Positions 41,349 to 52,422 of a stretch of 64,000 bases of DNA are shown here, one piece after another. A program made the position numbers and the translations under genes. Source of the stretch: an uncultured bacterium. Lineage in GTDB: Bacteria; Acidobacteriota; HRBIN11; JAKEFK01. Within the stretch, counting starts at the first letter, position 1. The number at the start of each line of letters is the position of its first letter. A model generated the notes under the pieces. The model worked only from the letters and a program-made list of their open reading frames with translations, did not search any database and had not been told where the DNA came from. The stretch spans positions 128,001 through 192,000 of the forward strand of contig CAVZQN010000001.1 of assembly GCA_963777505.1 (NCBI GenBank), read 5' to 3'.

Positions 41349-42673
41349 TGAATCGTTTGGCGCGCCTGTCGGTTTACTTCATCCTGACTTATACCTGTGT
41401 TGAAGGTTTGGTTGTCAATATTCTTTATCCTTCAAAAATGCCCTACATTTTTAAAGATTTTGTAATATTGGCTGTCTATTTGTTGTTATTGTTAACGTAT
41501 AAATCTCGTTTTTTTATACCCTCACCCCTAATGCATCCCATGGTTCCGCCCCTGCTGTTTTTTTCTCTGGTTATGTTGATTTATCTTGCGCTGCCAAGTG
41601 TGGAATTGATGGGAAAACTTGTGGCCATTAAACAGCGCCTGTTCTACATTCCACTCATTGGTATTGCTTATTTCTGGATCCGTTCCGAAGACGATATCAA
41701 AAAGTTTTTATGGCTTTTGACACTTAGTGCTGTAATTGTCTCAGTTTACGGAACGTATCAACACTTCATGGGACCGGGATCACTCAGGCAAATTGGAGCT
41801 AATTATTCGGCCGAAATATCCACTCCGGTTGCAGGCTCAGGAGATCAAGTCTACTGGCGCGTTCCAGGCACTTTCACTTCCCCGGGTCAATATGGAGCTT
41901 ATCTACTGTTTAATGGATTAATGGTCACAATATTTTTTATGTCAGGTTTAATCAAAAGGAAGTTCCGAATTTTGGGTTTGATTTCGGTTGTTACAATCTT
42001 TTGTGCACTCCTTTTTTCTGGCTCCCGAGCGCCTTTCATTTTATTGACAGCATCTTTGGCCATTCTTTTTTTAGCAGTCAGAAAAGCCGGTAAACTCTTA
42101 AAGTTTGCAGTCATCGGTTATGTACTTCTTGCATACGGTTACTCCTTTCTCGGTCCAGGAGTCAAGGATCGCTTCGCTTCAATTGCATCTTTCGAGCACA
42201 TTGAAAGATTTCAATCCACTTACTTTGGTCAGCTTTTCTTACCGAGATTAATCGAAAAACCGATGGGTACAGGGCTCGGAACCGCCACAATTGGAAGCAG
42301 ACACTTTTCCGAATTTAACGAAATAGAATTGGTCGAAAGCTATTTTGGGATCATTGCCTTCGAAACAGGAATACTTGGACTCTTTGCAGTGCTCTGGCTT
42401 GCTATTGCGATTGTACGTTTCCTTTTCCTTTCCAAACGCTTTTTTGATCGATCTCCTTCATCTTTACCTGCGCTTGGATTTGCTGTTTACGTGTTTTTCA
42501 CAATCCTCATCCTGCCAGTCAGTGGCTGTATTGACAGCGCACCCAGTAATCTCTATTTCTGGTTCTCAGTTGGAACGGTCATGAAATTGGCTGATTTGGA
42601 ACGCAGAAAAAGGAAAAACTTTCAAGCTCCAGCGGTCGTTCAAAGAAAACGAGTGACTCTGATCGCCAATTGA
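41348..42673 (+). CDS. Wzy polymerase / O-antigen ligase-like membrane protein
   Basis: Multi-TM; R..GTF, SGSR, P.GTGLG and E.GI.G motifs; located within the GT operon. Confidence 0.75.
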   Translation: MNRLARLSVYFILTYTCVEGLVVNILYPSKMPYIFKDFVILAVYLLLLLTYKSRFFIPSPLMHPMVPPLLFFSLVMLIYLALPSVELMGKLVAIKQRLFYIPLIGIAYFWIRSEDDIKKFLWLLTLSAVIVSVYGTYQHFMGPGSLRQIGANYSAEISTPVAGSGDQVYWRVPGTFTSPGQYGAYLLFNGLMVTIFFMSGLIKRKFRILGLISVVTIFCALLFSGSRAPFILLTASLAILFLAVRKAGKLLKFAVIGYVLLAYGYSFLGPGVKDRFASIASFEHIERFQSTYFGQLFLPRLIEKPMGTGLGTATIGSRHFSEFNEIELVESYFGIIAFETGILGLFAVLWLAIAIVRFLFLSKRFFDRSPSSLPALGFAVYVFFTILILPVSGCIDSAPSNLYFWFSVGTVMKLADLERRKRKNFQAPAVVQRKRVTLIAN

Positions 42674-43842
42674 GAAAAAATTTGAAGACTCGGATACTCT
42701 ATGTTTTGCCAGCCGGAGAACGCGGTGGAGCTGAGGTTTTGTTTCTGAATATTCTGGAGAATCTCAATAGAAACCTCTTTGAACCGTATGTGATCGGGTT
42801 ACAGGACGGACCGTTCATCGCTGAATTACAAAAAAATGGTTTAGCGTCACTGATAGTAGTAAAAACGAATCGTATTAGAAATCCGAAAGGGTTCTTTAAA
42901 ACGACAAAATACATTCGCGACTTTATCAAATCGGAACACATTGATGTCGTTCACTGTAATGGAACCGGCGCACAGATCTATGCTGGTTTTGCAGCTGGTC
43001 TTGCGGGAACTCCGTGCATTTATCATCTTCATGATGCTGTAGAGTGGTCCTGGAATCGGCAAGGGCTTGTTCACTTCCTCGCACAAATTTCACTGCCGGT
43101 TTCAACATTATTTTCACGAAAGCGCAGACTCCTACAATTCGTTGCCGTTTCAAATTATGTAGCGGAGAGATTTCAGCACAGTTGGGGTCAGCGAAACAAC
43201 ATTCACATCATCCATAACACAATTCGCTTTACGAACCCGGCTGCGACAGTAAATGAGAATTCTAGACCAGAAAGTCCCCTTGTCATTTGGATTGGAAGAC
43301 TTCAACGGTGGAAAGGAACTCACATCTTTTTAAGGGCCGCCGGAATTGTTCATGAAAGATTTCCGGAAGCTCAATTCTGCGTTATTGGCGGCTCACTTTT
43401 TGGAATAGAACCTGACTACAAAAAAGAGTTAGAAGATCTTGCTGGATCCTTAAGTTTGGGGAACTCCTTAAAATTCGCAGGTCATCAAACTTCCATAGAG
43501 TCTTTTCTTGAATCTGCAGATATCGTTGTTCATTCTTCAATTCGACCTGAACCATTTGGGCTCGTGCTTTTAGAAGCGATGAGCGCAGGCAAGCCGGTTG
43601 TTGCTTCCAATAAAGGAGGACCAGTTGAGATTGTTGAGGACGGAGTGACCGGGTTGCTTATTCCTCCGAATGATCCGGATGAGCTAGCAAATGCAATCAT
43701 TACACTTTTACAGAATAGAACGTTGAGAACAAAGATGGGACAGGCAGCAAAAGAACGAGTCGAGCAACATTTCAATCCATCCAAAATGATGCTTGCGCTG
43801 GAGAATTTATATTCCGAGCTCGCATGTGAGAGCACTAAGTGA
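42670..43842 (+). CDS. GT4 glycosyltransferase
   Basis: [23 protein letters not shown]. Confidence 0.92.
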   Translation: MRKNLKTRILYVLPAGERGGAEVLFLNILENLNRNLFEPYVIGLQDGPFIAELQKNGLASLIVVKTNRIRNPKGFFKTTKYIRDFIKSEHIDVVHCNGTGAQIYAGFAAGLAGTPCIYHLHDAVEWSWNRQGLVHFLAQISLPVSTLFSRKRRLLQFVAVSNYVAERFQHSWGQRNNIHIIHNTIRFTNPAATVNENSRPESPLVIWIGRLQRWKGTHIFLRAAGIVHERFPEAQFCVIGGSLFGIEPDYKKELEDLAGSLSLGNSLKFAGHQTSIESFLESADIVVHSSIRPEPFGLVLLEAMSAGKPVVASNKGGPVEIVEDGVTGLLIPPNDPDELANAIITLLQNRTLRTKMGQAAKERVEQHFNPSKMMLALENLYSELACESTK

Positions 43843-44579
43843 GTAGTATTAGAAACAAAATGTATCGTGCGGCCTTTGGCAGGGATTACACTCCTCAAAA
43901 ACTGGAAATCGGTTTTTTTCAGTTATTCAGCTATCTGTGGAAACGCGGCGGAAGAGCCCGTATACGCGGCCTTTTTGGGAAACATAAATTTCGAGAGTGC
44001 GGTCAGCGATTGTTCATTGGAAAAAATACGAATCTTCAATTTCACAAATACATTTCGCTGGGAAGCAATGTTTTTATTGGAGACTACACATACATCAATG
44101 GATTCTCTTTGGAAGGAATCCGTGTTGGAAACAACGTTCGGATCCGTGAATTCGGCTGGATCCAGGCCACCAGTGATTTAAACGATCCCGGCAAAGGGTT
44201 GCAAGTTTCGAATGACGTTTACATTGGACCTCGTTGTTATTTCGGCGCCGGTGGCGGAATTACGATTGGATCGAAAGTAGTCATAGGCGCCGGCGTAGAA
44301 TTATTAGCTGAAAATCATTGCTTTGAAGACTCTGACACACCGATTCAGGATCAAGGCGTTTCACGTAAAGGAATTCACATAGAAGATGATGTTTGGATAG
44401 GAAATCGAGTCATTATTCTGGATGGTGTACGGGTTGGCCGGGGGGCAGTGATTGGAGCAGGATCTGTTGTTACAAAAGATGTTCCAGCTAACGCAGTCGT
44501 CGCAGGAAATCCAGCACGAATCATGCGATATCGTGAAAGCAGAGCCGGGCATCTGATCAACAAGTCAGAAATTTCATGA
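43839..44579 (+). CDS. Hexapeptide-repeat (left-handed beta-helix) acyltransferase
   Basis: IEDDVWIG...[23 protein letters not shown]...VAGNPA. Confidence 0.92.
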   Translation: MSSIRNKMYRAAFGRDYTPQKLEIGFFQLFSYLWKRGGRARIRGLFGKHKFRECGQRLFIGKNTNLQFHKYISLGSNVFIGDYTYINGFSLEGIRVGNNVRIREFGWIQATSDLNDPGKGLQVSNDVYIGPRCYFGAGGGITIGSKVVIGAGVELLAENHCFEDSDTPIQDQGVSRKGIHIEDDVWIGNRVIILDGVRVGRGAVIGAGSVVTKDVPANAVVAGNPARIMRYRESRAGHLINKSEIS

Positions 44580-45643
44580 AAGTGGTTCTCTTTCGCGCTT
44601 TTCCTGATTCATTCAGAAAAAGCATGCAAATCTATGCTGATCAGCTTATAAAACGGATCCGCCCTCTTCTTCAGAATGAAGAACAAGTTGAAGACTGGCT
44701 CCCTTCGGGAATTCGATTAAATGGGAATTCTCGTTACTGGGATCAGTACGTTCGATATCAATGGTTAAGCCGCGATGCTCAAGGCGATGTGAATCATATT
44801 ATTGATCATGGTTACGGTCATTTACTTCACAGCCTTTGCAAAGAAAGAAGTATCGTTACGTTTCATGATTCTGTGGTGAACAAGCTTGATGGAATTTCAT
44901 GGCGCACACGATTGTCAGTCCGGTACAGCTTTCTTGCATTGCGCAAAGCAGCACGCATTATTACGGATTCCAAACTATCTCGCAACGATTTCCTGAATTT
45001 AGTTGATTTTCCAGAAGAAAAAGTCCAGATAATTTATCCTGGAGTCGATTCTGCTTTTCAGATTTTGCCAGATCGCATGGAATTAAAGAAACGCTACAAT
45101 CTTCCGTCCGCATTTATTCTTCATGTAGGAAATAATCTTCCTTACATGAATGTGGACAGCGTGCTGCTCACACTGGAACATTCAGTAAAACAAGGACTCG
45201 ATATTTCCCTTGTAAAAGTTGGCGATCATTTAACGAAGAAACAAGAAGCATTTTTGGACAAAGCCAATTTGAAAAGCAGAGTCATTCAACTTGGGAAAGT
45301 TCCGCTGGAACATTTGGTCGCAATTTATAATTGTGCTGAGTTGCTGATTTACCCTGTACTATACGCAGGGTTTGGTCTTCCACCTCTGGAGGCAATGGCC
45401 TGTGGAACGCCTGTGATCTGCTCAAATCGCGGTTCGCTTCCTGAAATTGCCGGTGATGCAGCACTGATGGTTGATCCGGAAGATCCTGTGAAGATAGCGG
45501 AATCAATTGCTTTGTTGTTAACCGATTCAAAGCTGCAGGAAAGTTTTCGAGCGAAAGGCCTGAAGCAGGCAAACCTCTATTCATGGGACAAGACAGCCGC
45601 GGAAGTATTGGCTGTATATAGAAACGTTCATCAAGAAAACTAA
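44576..45643 (+). CDS. GT4 glycosyltransferase
   Basis: [18 protein letters not shown]. Confidence 0.9.
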   Translation: MKVVLFRAFPDSFRKSMQIYADQLIKRIRPLLQNEEQVEDWLPSGIRLNGNSRYWDQYVRYQWLSRDAQGDVNHIIDHGYGHLLHSLCKERSIVTFHDSVVNKLDGISWRTRLSVRYSFLALRKAARIITDSKLSRNDFLNLVDFPEEKVQIIYPGVDSAFQILPDRMELKKRYNLPSAFILHVGNNLPYMNVDSVLLTLEHSVKQGLDISLVKVGDHLTKKQEAFLDKANLKSRVIQLGKVPLEHLVAIYNCAELLIYPVLYAGFGLPPLEAMACGTPVICSNRGSLPEIAGDAALMVDPEDPVKIAESIALLLTDSKLQESFRAKGLKQANLYSWDKTAAEVLAVYRNVHQEN

Positions 45644-45644
45644 C

Positions 45645-46736
45645 TTGTTCAACATTGCCGTCATTCAGCGTTTTCTTCCAAGTCTTTCTAGAGGCGGTGT
45701 CGGTTATTTCACGCATGGACTTTGCAATGCCCTTCGCAAACGGTCGCATTCGGTAGCTGTATTCAGTCAGGATCCAGCTCCCAAAGATGCTTTGTATCAA
45801 GTCAATCGCATAACGCCTACTTCTCGATTCGGCATACGGTTTGCTCCCTTTGTGTTCCCATTTGATATTGCAAAGCAAGATTTCTCTTCTTTCGATTTGA
45901 TTCATGCGCAGGGCGATGACCAGTTCATTTCAAAAAATGCACCGCCCATCGTGCGCACGATGCATGGATCGTCACTCTCAGAAGCAATTCACAATGGCAT
46001 TTACCGCATTTCCCCCAAACATTTTCTACTGCACATATATTTTTATTTTTTGGAACTAATCTCAATAAGTCGGGCTGACTCTGTTATTGCAGTCTCCGGA
46101 CAAACCGGGAAACATTACTGGAAAGTTGATGAAGTTATACCCAATGGAATTAACGTAGAACATTTCTCCGGAAAAGAAAGAGCAAAAAGTAAAACTCCTA
46201 CAATTTTATTTGTTGGCGATTTATCAAATCGGAAACGTGGAAAACTGCTTCTGGACAAATTCGTCAATAGAATTAGAAAACAGATTCCCGAAGCAGAACT
46301 ATGGATGGTCTGTCCACAAAAAATCGAAGCACCTGGAGTTCGCACTTTTGATCGTATAGATTCTGAAAAGCTTTCCGAATTGTATGCGCAAGCCTGGGTC
46401 TTTTGTCTTCCTAGTTCCTATGAAGGTTTCGGCCGTCCGTATATAGAAGCGATGGCTGCTGGGACTCCGGTTGTTGCAACTCCAAATCCAGGCGCAATTG
46501 AAATTCTGGACAATGGCCGCTTTGGGATCATTACAAACGAAACCCAACTGGATGAGGAACTCCTCAAGGTATTGAATGATTCTGCGATAAGAAAAAAGTT
46601 TGAAGAATTAGGCCGTACCCGCGCCCTGGAATACGATTGGGATAGCATTGTTACGCGCTACGAACGCGTCTACGAAAAAGTATTGAACCAAAACAAAATC
46701 TCGTCAGTGAATTCTGTGCCTTCCGTGCTTCCGTGA
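45645..46736 (+). CDS. GT4 glycosyltransferase
   Basis: GGVG, IPNGI, EGFGRPYIEAMA. Confidence 0.92.
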   Translation: MFNIAVIQRFLPSLSRGGVGYFTHGLCNALRKRSHSVAVFSQDPAPKDALYQVNRITPTSRFGIRFAPFVFPFDIAKQDFSSFDLIHAQGDDQFISKNAPPIVRTMHGSSLSEAIHNGIYRISPKHFLLHIYFYFLELISISRADSVIAVSGQTGKHYWKVDEVIPNGINVEHFSGKERAKSKTPTILFVGDLSNRKRGKLLLDKFVNRIRKQIPEAELWMVCPQKIEAPGVRTFDRIDSEKLSELYAQAWVFCLPSSYEGFGRPYIEAMAAGTPVVATPNPGAIEILDNGRFGIITNETQLDEELLKVLNDSAIRKKFEELGRTRALEYDWDSIVTRYERVYEKVLNQNKISSVNSVPSVLP

Positions 46737-47930
46737 CTAAGAAAAGAATTTTATATCTACAATCGACTTCAGAAGTCGGAGGATCAGACATTTCTCTTCT
46801 GCGTCTTATTGAAAGACTGGACAAAACTCTGTTTGAACCTTTCGTTATTTTGCCTCACGAAGGACCACTGGTTGAAAAATTACGAGAGCACACACATGAA
46901 ATTCACTTTATGAAGGAAATGCTAAAGCCAACAACGCGTAAGGGCAAAACATTCTATTTCCATTATCTGCTGAACTATCCATTCGCTGTTCGGAAAATTG
47001 CTCGATGGATTCAAGAACGAAAGATTGATCTGGTGCATACGAATTCAGTCCACAATCTCTATGGATCTCTTGCCGCAAAACTAAGCAGGCGGCCCTCATG
47101 TCTGGCATGTCAGAGAAATTGTTTTTCAATCAAAGTTTCTATGGATGTTTGAAAAATTTCTTTTGAAACAATTTTCAGACCGCATCATTGTGACCAGTGA
47201 AGCCGTTGCTGAAATGTTTGGTAAGGATAGAAATACTCTCCCCTTACGAAAAATCCCGAATGGTGTGGATCTTGAACGCTACCATCCTGACAACGATGGG
47301 CAATATATTCTTGAGCCGCTGGAAATTTCATCCACTGCTCCAATTGTTGGAATCGTTGCAAGATTGGATCGCTGGAAAGGGGTCGATATTTTTCTACGTG
47401 CAATTTCGATTTGTAAGGCAAAATGCCCGGAGGCTCAGTACGTAATCTTTGGCGGTGAAATTGAAGGGAGTACAGAATATGCGAAAAAGCTTTACAAGCT
47501 TGCCGCAGATCTGCATCTAAATGAAATCGTACATTTTGCTGGATGGCGTTATGGGCCAGAAGACATGCCTAAAGTTTACGCTGCACTGGACATTGTAATT
47601 CTTGCATCGACTTCGCCCGAACCCTTTGGCCTGGTCATATTAGAAGCGATGGCTACAGCAAAACCTGTGATCGCCACGAATCATGGAGGACCGAAAGAAA
47701 TTTGTATTGATCAGGAAACTGCATTGTTGATCCCTCCTGGCGATCCGGAAAAACTTGCAGAAGCTATCTTGAATTTGATTCAGAATCCACAAAACGCCAG
47801 AAGGATGGGTAAAGCTGGCAGGAAACGTGTTGAAACGCATTACGATCATAAGCTTTGCGTAAGATCGATTGAATCCTTGTATAAAGAACTTCTTTCAATG
47901 GATGAACCATGTGTGGAATTGCAGTTATAG
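46733..47930 (+). CDS. GT4 glycosyltransferase (frameshift near 47095)
   Basis: ORFs 46733 (GGSD.SL) and 47145 (EPFGLVILEAM) join through R-P-H-V-W-H-V-R-E. Confidence 0.85.
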
Positions 47931-49783
47931 CCGGTGATTCCAGAAACACAGTAGCGAGCCTGGAATCTCAAGCTCGAATCGTCAGCAATAGTTTGGCGCA
48001 TCGTGGTCCTGACGATTCCGGAATAGAAATCAGAAAATCACTCAACAATCAAACTGTTGTCTTGATTCACCGGAGACTTGCAATCATCGATCTGAGTGCG
48101 CGGGCCCATCAGCCAATGGCAACTCAGGATAAGCGATTCTGGATCGTGTACAACGGCGAGATTTACAACTTTCAGGATCTGAGGACCGAATTGGAAAGGA
48201 GCAAAACGGCTCTGCATTCCAACTCTGATACGGAAGTCATTCTCAATCTCTACGCAAAAGAAGGTCCCGATTGTTTGAAGAAACTTCGTGGCATGTTTGC
48301 CTTCTGTATTTGGGATGAACTCAAAGGCGAAATATTTTTTGCAAGAGACCGCTTTGGAATTAAGCCGCTCTATTATGCAAAACAACAAGGCAGCTTTTTG
48401 GTGGCATCTGAACTCAAAACTATTTTGAATTCCGGCCTGGCTTCTACAGAATGTGATAAAGAAACAGAATCAATCTTTCTTCGGCGTGGCTCTATTCCAG
48501 CACCTCACACTTACTACCGGAATATTCGATCGCTTGAGCCAGGAACGTGGGCAAATTTTGATGGAAACGAAGTAAAGGTGCAAAGCTATTGGAAGCTGTC
48601 CGAAGCTTTTCAATCTGCATCAGAACAAACGACGACTACTTCGGATGTCGCTATTCAAATACGAGATCGTTTCGTGGATTCGGTGCGGACACACATGGTG
48701 AGTGATGTTCCCGTAGCTGTGTTTCTTAGCGGCGGATTGGATTCGACTGCCATTGTTTCAGCGATTCGACAGTTTTATTCAGGCGCACTCAAAACGATCA
48801 GTATTGTCTTTCCGAATACAGCATTGGATGAAAGCACTCTTGCGAGAGATGCAGCAAAGCATTTTGGAACGGATCACACTGAAGTTGAGATTACACAAGA
48901 TGATTTCGTTAACAACCTGGATGATATTTTCCAGGCTATGGATCAGCCAACCATTGATGGCGTCAATACCTACTTTGTAGCAAAGGCAGCCAAACAAGCC
49001 GGAGTGAAGGTCGCCCTTTCCGGTATTGGCGGGGATGAAATCCTTGGAGGTTACAAAAGTTTCGTTGATATTCCGCGATTGATCCGTTCTTTGAAATTGA
49101 CGAACCAGATGCCAACACTGTCTCGTCAGGCTGCAGCTTTGGTAGAACATCTTCCTGTAACATGGGGACCCAAGTTTGCGGAGCTCCTGAAGAATCATTC
49201 GCTGAATCTCTTCCGTATATGGCAAGATCGGCGTGCTCTTTTCACGGAAGAGCAAATACGATCCCTGATACCCGATCATACCGTAGCAGATTTTCCTGAT
49301 TTACCTGAAACGTTGAAAGATCTTTTCTGGTCTATTTCATATCTGGAAATGCAGTACTTCTTGATTCCACAACTTCTTCGTGATTCGGATGTCTTCACTA
49401 TGCATCATGGAGTGGAGTTGCGCACACCTTTTGTTGATCATCTGTTCTTGAACTCCGTTTTAAAATCAGGCTTATGGAAAAGGGATGGAGCTTCGACTTA
49501 TAAAATTGCATTGTTCAAAAAAATGGGAGACTTTATACCCTTCCAACATCTTCGAAAAGGCAAAAGAGGATTTACGTTACCATTCAATAAATGGCTTAGA
49601 GAGATGCTTCAGAATGAAAAAGCGGCCAACAATCCTATGTCAACATTTTTGAGGCGGCCAGAGAACAAGCTCTACTCAAATCAATTTTTAGATAAAAAAC
49701 TTCATTGGTCCAGAATCTGGGCTCTCTATGTTCTAGATAGATTTAGAACCGGAAGAGATGGAACTTTCGATAATCATCGTTAA
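47909..49783 (+). CDS. asnB: Asparagine synthetase-like glutamine amidotransferase
   Basis: N-terminal MCGI, HRGPD, RLAIIDLS, YNGEIYN, SGGLDS, SGIGGDE, E.RTPF.D. Confidence 0.9.
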   Translation: MCGIAVIAGDSRNTVASLESQARIVSNSLAHRGPDDSGIEIRKSLNNQTVVLIHRRLAIIDLSARAHQPMATQDKRFWIVYNGEIYNFQDLRTELERSKTALHSNSDTEVILNLYAKEGPDCLKKLRGMFAFCIWDELKGEIFFARDRFGIKPLYYAKQQGSFLVASELKTILNSGLASTECDKETESIFLRRGSIPAPHTYYRNIRSLEPGTWANFDGNEVKVQSYWKLSEAFQSASEQTTTTSDVAIQIRDRFVDSVRTHMVSDVPVAVFLSGGLDSTAIVSAIRQFYSGALKTISIVFPNTALDESTLARDAAKHFGTDHTEVEITQDDFVNNLDDIFQAMDQPTIDGVNTYFVAKAAKQAGVKVALSGIGGDEILGGYKSFVDIPRLIRSLKLTNQMPTLSRQAAALVEHLPVTWGPKFAELLKNHSLNLFRIWQDRRALFTEEQIRSLIPDHTVADFPDLPETLKDLFWSISYLEMQYFLIPQLLRDSDVFTMHHGVELRTPFVDHLFLNSVLKSGLWKRDGASTYKIALFKKMGDFIPFQHLRKGKRGFTLPFNKWLREMLQNEKAANNPMSTFLRRPENKLYSNQFLDKKLHWSRIWALYVLDRFRTGRDGTFDNHR

Positions 49784-50606
49784 TTACAATGCTGCGCCAT
49801 TTTTGAAGCGCGCGATCGAATCGATTGAGCTTCATCTCAAGAATGTCTCGCACGAAATTTGTGTTGTTGATAATGCTTCAACAGATAAAAGTTCTGATGT
49901 TTGGTTGAACTTTCCGCAAGTTCGTGTAATTAGAAACGACAACAATCTCGGATTTGCTGCTGGGATAAATCAAGGGTTAAAGGACACAACTGGATCATAC
50001 GTTCTATGGTTAAATCCCGATGCGGAATTACTGGATGACGGTCTTGCAACAATTCTGCGCTATATGAATGATCATCCGAATGTTGGAATCATTGGAACTC
50101 GTATCGTGAATTCCGACGGTAGCATTCAGCTCTCATGCCGTTCATTCCCTTCATATCGTGCAGGTTTGTTCAACCGCTACTCTTTATTAACACGATGGTT
50201 TCCAAAAAATCGTTTTAGCCGTAATTATTTGAAATCTGACTTCGATCACAATGTCATTGCCGATGTTGATTGGGTTTCCGGAGCTTGTCTCTTGCATCGA
50301 AGGGAACTCGTCAAACGTCCCGGCCTTCTGGATGAACACTTTTTCATGTATTGCGAAGACGTGGATTATTGCTTCAGAGCAAAACAAGAAGGCTGGAATG
50401 TCCAATACCATCCGGGCGCTGCCGTACTGCATCATATTGCCGCAAGCAGCAAACAACTACCACGCAAGACAATCTTGGAACGGCACAAAAGCATCTGGCA
50501 TTACTACACAAAACATTTTAAAAGAAATATCGCAAAAGACATTGCAGTTGGAGCCGGAATCCTTGGTAGATGTGCAATGCTATTGGTAATGAACCGATTG
50601 AAATGA
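49758..50606 (+). CDS. GT2 glycosyltransferase
   Basis: SIIIVNYN, VVDNASTD, LNPD, VDWVSGA, FMYCEDVD. Confidence 0.93.
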   Translation: MELSIIIVNYNAAPFLKRAIESIELHLKNVSHEICVVDNASTDKSSDVWLNFPQVRVIRNDNNLGFAAGINQGLKDTTGSYVLWLNPDAELLDDGLATILRYMNDHPNVGIIGTRIVNSDGSIQLSCRSFPSYRAGLFNRYSLLTRWFPKNRFSRNYLKSDFDHNVIADVDWVSGACLLHRRELVKRPGLLDEHFFMYCEDVDYCFRAKQEGWNVQYHPGAAVLHHIAASSKQLPRKTILERHKSIWHYYTKHFKRNIAKDIAVGAGILGRCAMLLVMNRLK

Positions 50607-51979
50607 CAAAGGCTGGCCGGCCGTTAGTAGAAACAACCGGTAGTATCAACTACATTTGGCGGGCGTCCACAAGGGCCACCGCTACCTTACTCTTTCTTGC
50701 AATATGCACGTTTTTCTTTTCTCATTCATTAAGCGCTCAGCCAGAAAATAAAATTCGAGATGCCATCTTTAACCTGTCTGAGACCCACCCGCTGCGAGTC
50801 TCGATCTTCCGTATTCAACCAAGGCTTATTGTTGGTTCCGCTTACGATTCCAATGCATATTCAACTGAAGACTTCGAGGCATCGGATTACTTCGGATCGA
50901 TTGCTCCAGGAGCCAGCGTAGCTCTAAAACTCGGACACCGCGCCTATTTTGTTTTTCAAGAAAATATAAATATTCTTTTCTATCAGGAACAAGATCAACT
51001 GAGCGATGTATTCGACACAACTTCAGGTATGTTCGGCATCGGTTCAAGGCGCCTTCTTTTCAATATAGCCGCAAGCTACTACAACAAAAAAGCAAGGATT
51101 GATGAAGAATTTGACCAACCTGCACAACAACGATTAATAGATGTGAATGCACAGTTTTCATATGCACTTCGAAAACGAACTGGAATTTACGTTGCGTTCA
51201 AGCAAAATGAATCTCGTTATGAACTAGACGCAGAGATTCCAACAGAGTTACCGATTACGCCTGATACGCGAATATATGAGTACGGTGGAGGTTTTGATGA
51301 GGAAATTGGGAATCATATCCGGCTTGTGTTTGGAGCTTCATTCGGAACGATTCATTTCCTCAATCTAACCCTGCCAGAAGCAGAAGCAGAACCGGAAAGT
51401 ACTTTTTGGAAATCACTCATCGGCTTGGAGTTTAATGGCAATCAATTAACAGGGAGAGCCAAATTTGGGTTTAATCAAACAGAATCCATTGATATAAATG
51501 GAGATTCGTTTAACGATTTGATCATCGATACGGAAGTGAATTACAAGCTGGGAAGAAGACTTTATGTTGGCGGATTATTGAAGCGTGCACGTTCTATTTC
51601 TGGCTTATCGGAAACGAATTTTCGGCTGACTACACAAGGAGGCGTCACAGGTTGTGCCCCGCTTAACCAGCGCCGGAAGTTGTTTGTTGATGGCATGTGG
51701 ATTGTAGGCCAGAACAACTATGGTGATCAGATTGTTCTAGATGATCAGACGATTACAAAAGATACTTTTCATCGAGTGGAATCTGGATTGAATTTCACAC
51801 TTCCTAAAAATTTGGTATTTAGATTTGGAACAGCCTATCAAAATCGAGACTCCAATATTTCAACCCTCACCAAAGATCGAATTACTTTCAATATTGGCCT
51901 TGTTCTGGAGGCGCGACGGACTCGAGTCAATGGCGAGGTCGAAAGCTGCCGGACTGAGGGGGTCTACTTCGAACGCTAA
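50603..51979 (+). CDS. Outer-membrane beta-barrel protein of the polysaccharide locus
   Basis: Signal peptide, YDSN motif, alternating amphipathic strands, last gene of the EPS operon. Confidence 0.7.
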   Translation: MTKAGRPLVETTGSINYIWRASTRATATLLFLAICTFFFSHSLSAQPENKIRDAIFNLSETHPLRVSIFRIQPRLIVGSAYDSNAYSTEDFEASDYFGSIAPGASVALKLGHRAYFVFQENINILFYQEQDQLSDVFDTTSGMFGIGSRRLLFNIAASYYNKKARIDEEFDQPAQQRLIDVNAQFSYALRKRTGIYVAFKQNESRYELDAEIPTELPITPDTRIYEYGGGFDEEIGNHIRLVFGASFGTIHFLNLTLPEAEAEPESTFWKSLIGLEFNGNQLTGRAKFGFNQTESIDINGDSFNDLIIDTEVNYKLGRRLYVGGLLKRARSISGLSETNFRLTTQGGVTGCAPLNQRRKLFVDGMWIVGQNNYGDQIVLDDQTITKDTFHRVESGLNFTLPKNLVFRFGTAYQNRDSNISTLTKDRITFNIGLVLEARRTRVNGEVESCRTEGVYFER

Positions 51980-51986
51980 TACAGTC

Positions 51987-52304
51987 TTAATGATGAGCCT
52001 TTCGTTTATCCAGCCAGTATCCTGCAGCGGCCGGCATCAATAGTAAGAACAACAGAATCGGCCAATAACTGCTCCACACGACCACCCCAACCAGCAGCAA
52101 ATTGCCGGAAACATATTCAAAAAGAGTACAGGGTTTGGCACCGGCTAGCCAGGGAAGGTAGCCACCACACTTCCCGTCGTATGATCCCGCCAACAGAACC
52201 GCGTTTACAATCGTTGCAAGGATCAGGATCACGATTGGAATAAATAAGCCCAACATGAAATATCTATGTCTGGACTGTTTGGCGGAATTCATATTCTTCC
52301 CCAC
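51987..52304 (-). CDS. Small two-TM membrane protein
   Basis: Two hydrophobic segments flanking a loop with two Cys (YDGKCGG...PCTL); start may be 52292. Confidence 0.65.
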   Translation of the reverse strand: MGKNMNSAKQSRHRYFMLGLFIPIVILILATIVNAVLLAGSYDGKCGGYLPWLAGAKPCTLFEYVSGNLLLVGVVVWSSYWPILLFLLLMPAAAGYWLDKRKAHH

Positions 52305-52390
52305 ATAGAATAAGACAAGATCTAACGATAAGTTGCCATTTTATTTGAACTGCACACGTGATGCGACTATCGACATGTTGTACGTGGGGG

Positions 52391-52415
52391 TTTGTAACGC
52401 CGGCATCTTGCGGCA
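52391..52415. repeat. Half copy of TGTAACGCCGGC REP-like family
   Basis: TTTGTAACGCCGGCATCTTGCGGC matches the left arms at 7404 and 9395. Confidence 0.6.
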
Positions 52416-52422
52416 GAGCTCG

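Noticed and set aside
45282-45905. 207-aa antisense ORF and the many similar shadow ORFs in the track (e.g. 6601-7146, 48779-49279)
   Set aside because: They lie opposite or out of frame to well-supported genes and show no recognisable motifs.
25123-49783. Lasso peptide cluster (RRE, YxxP leader, kinase, nucleotidyltransferase, AsnB as cyclase)
   Set aside because: No transglutaminase-like B2 peptidase is visible. AsnB retains its MCGI glutaminase N-terminus and lies 21 kb away among GTs. No register gives both Thr at -2 and Asp/Glu at core position 7-9.
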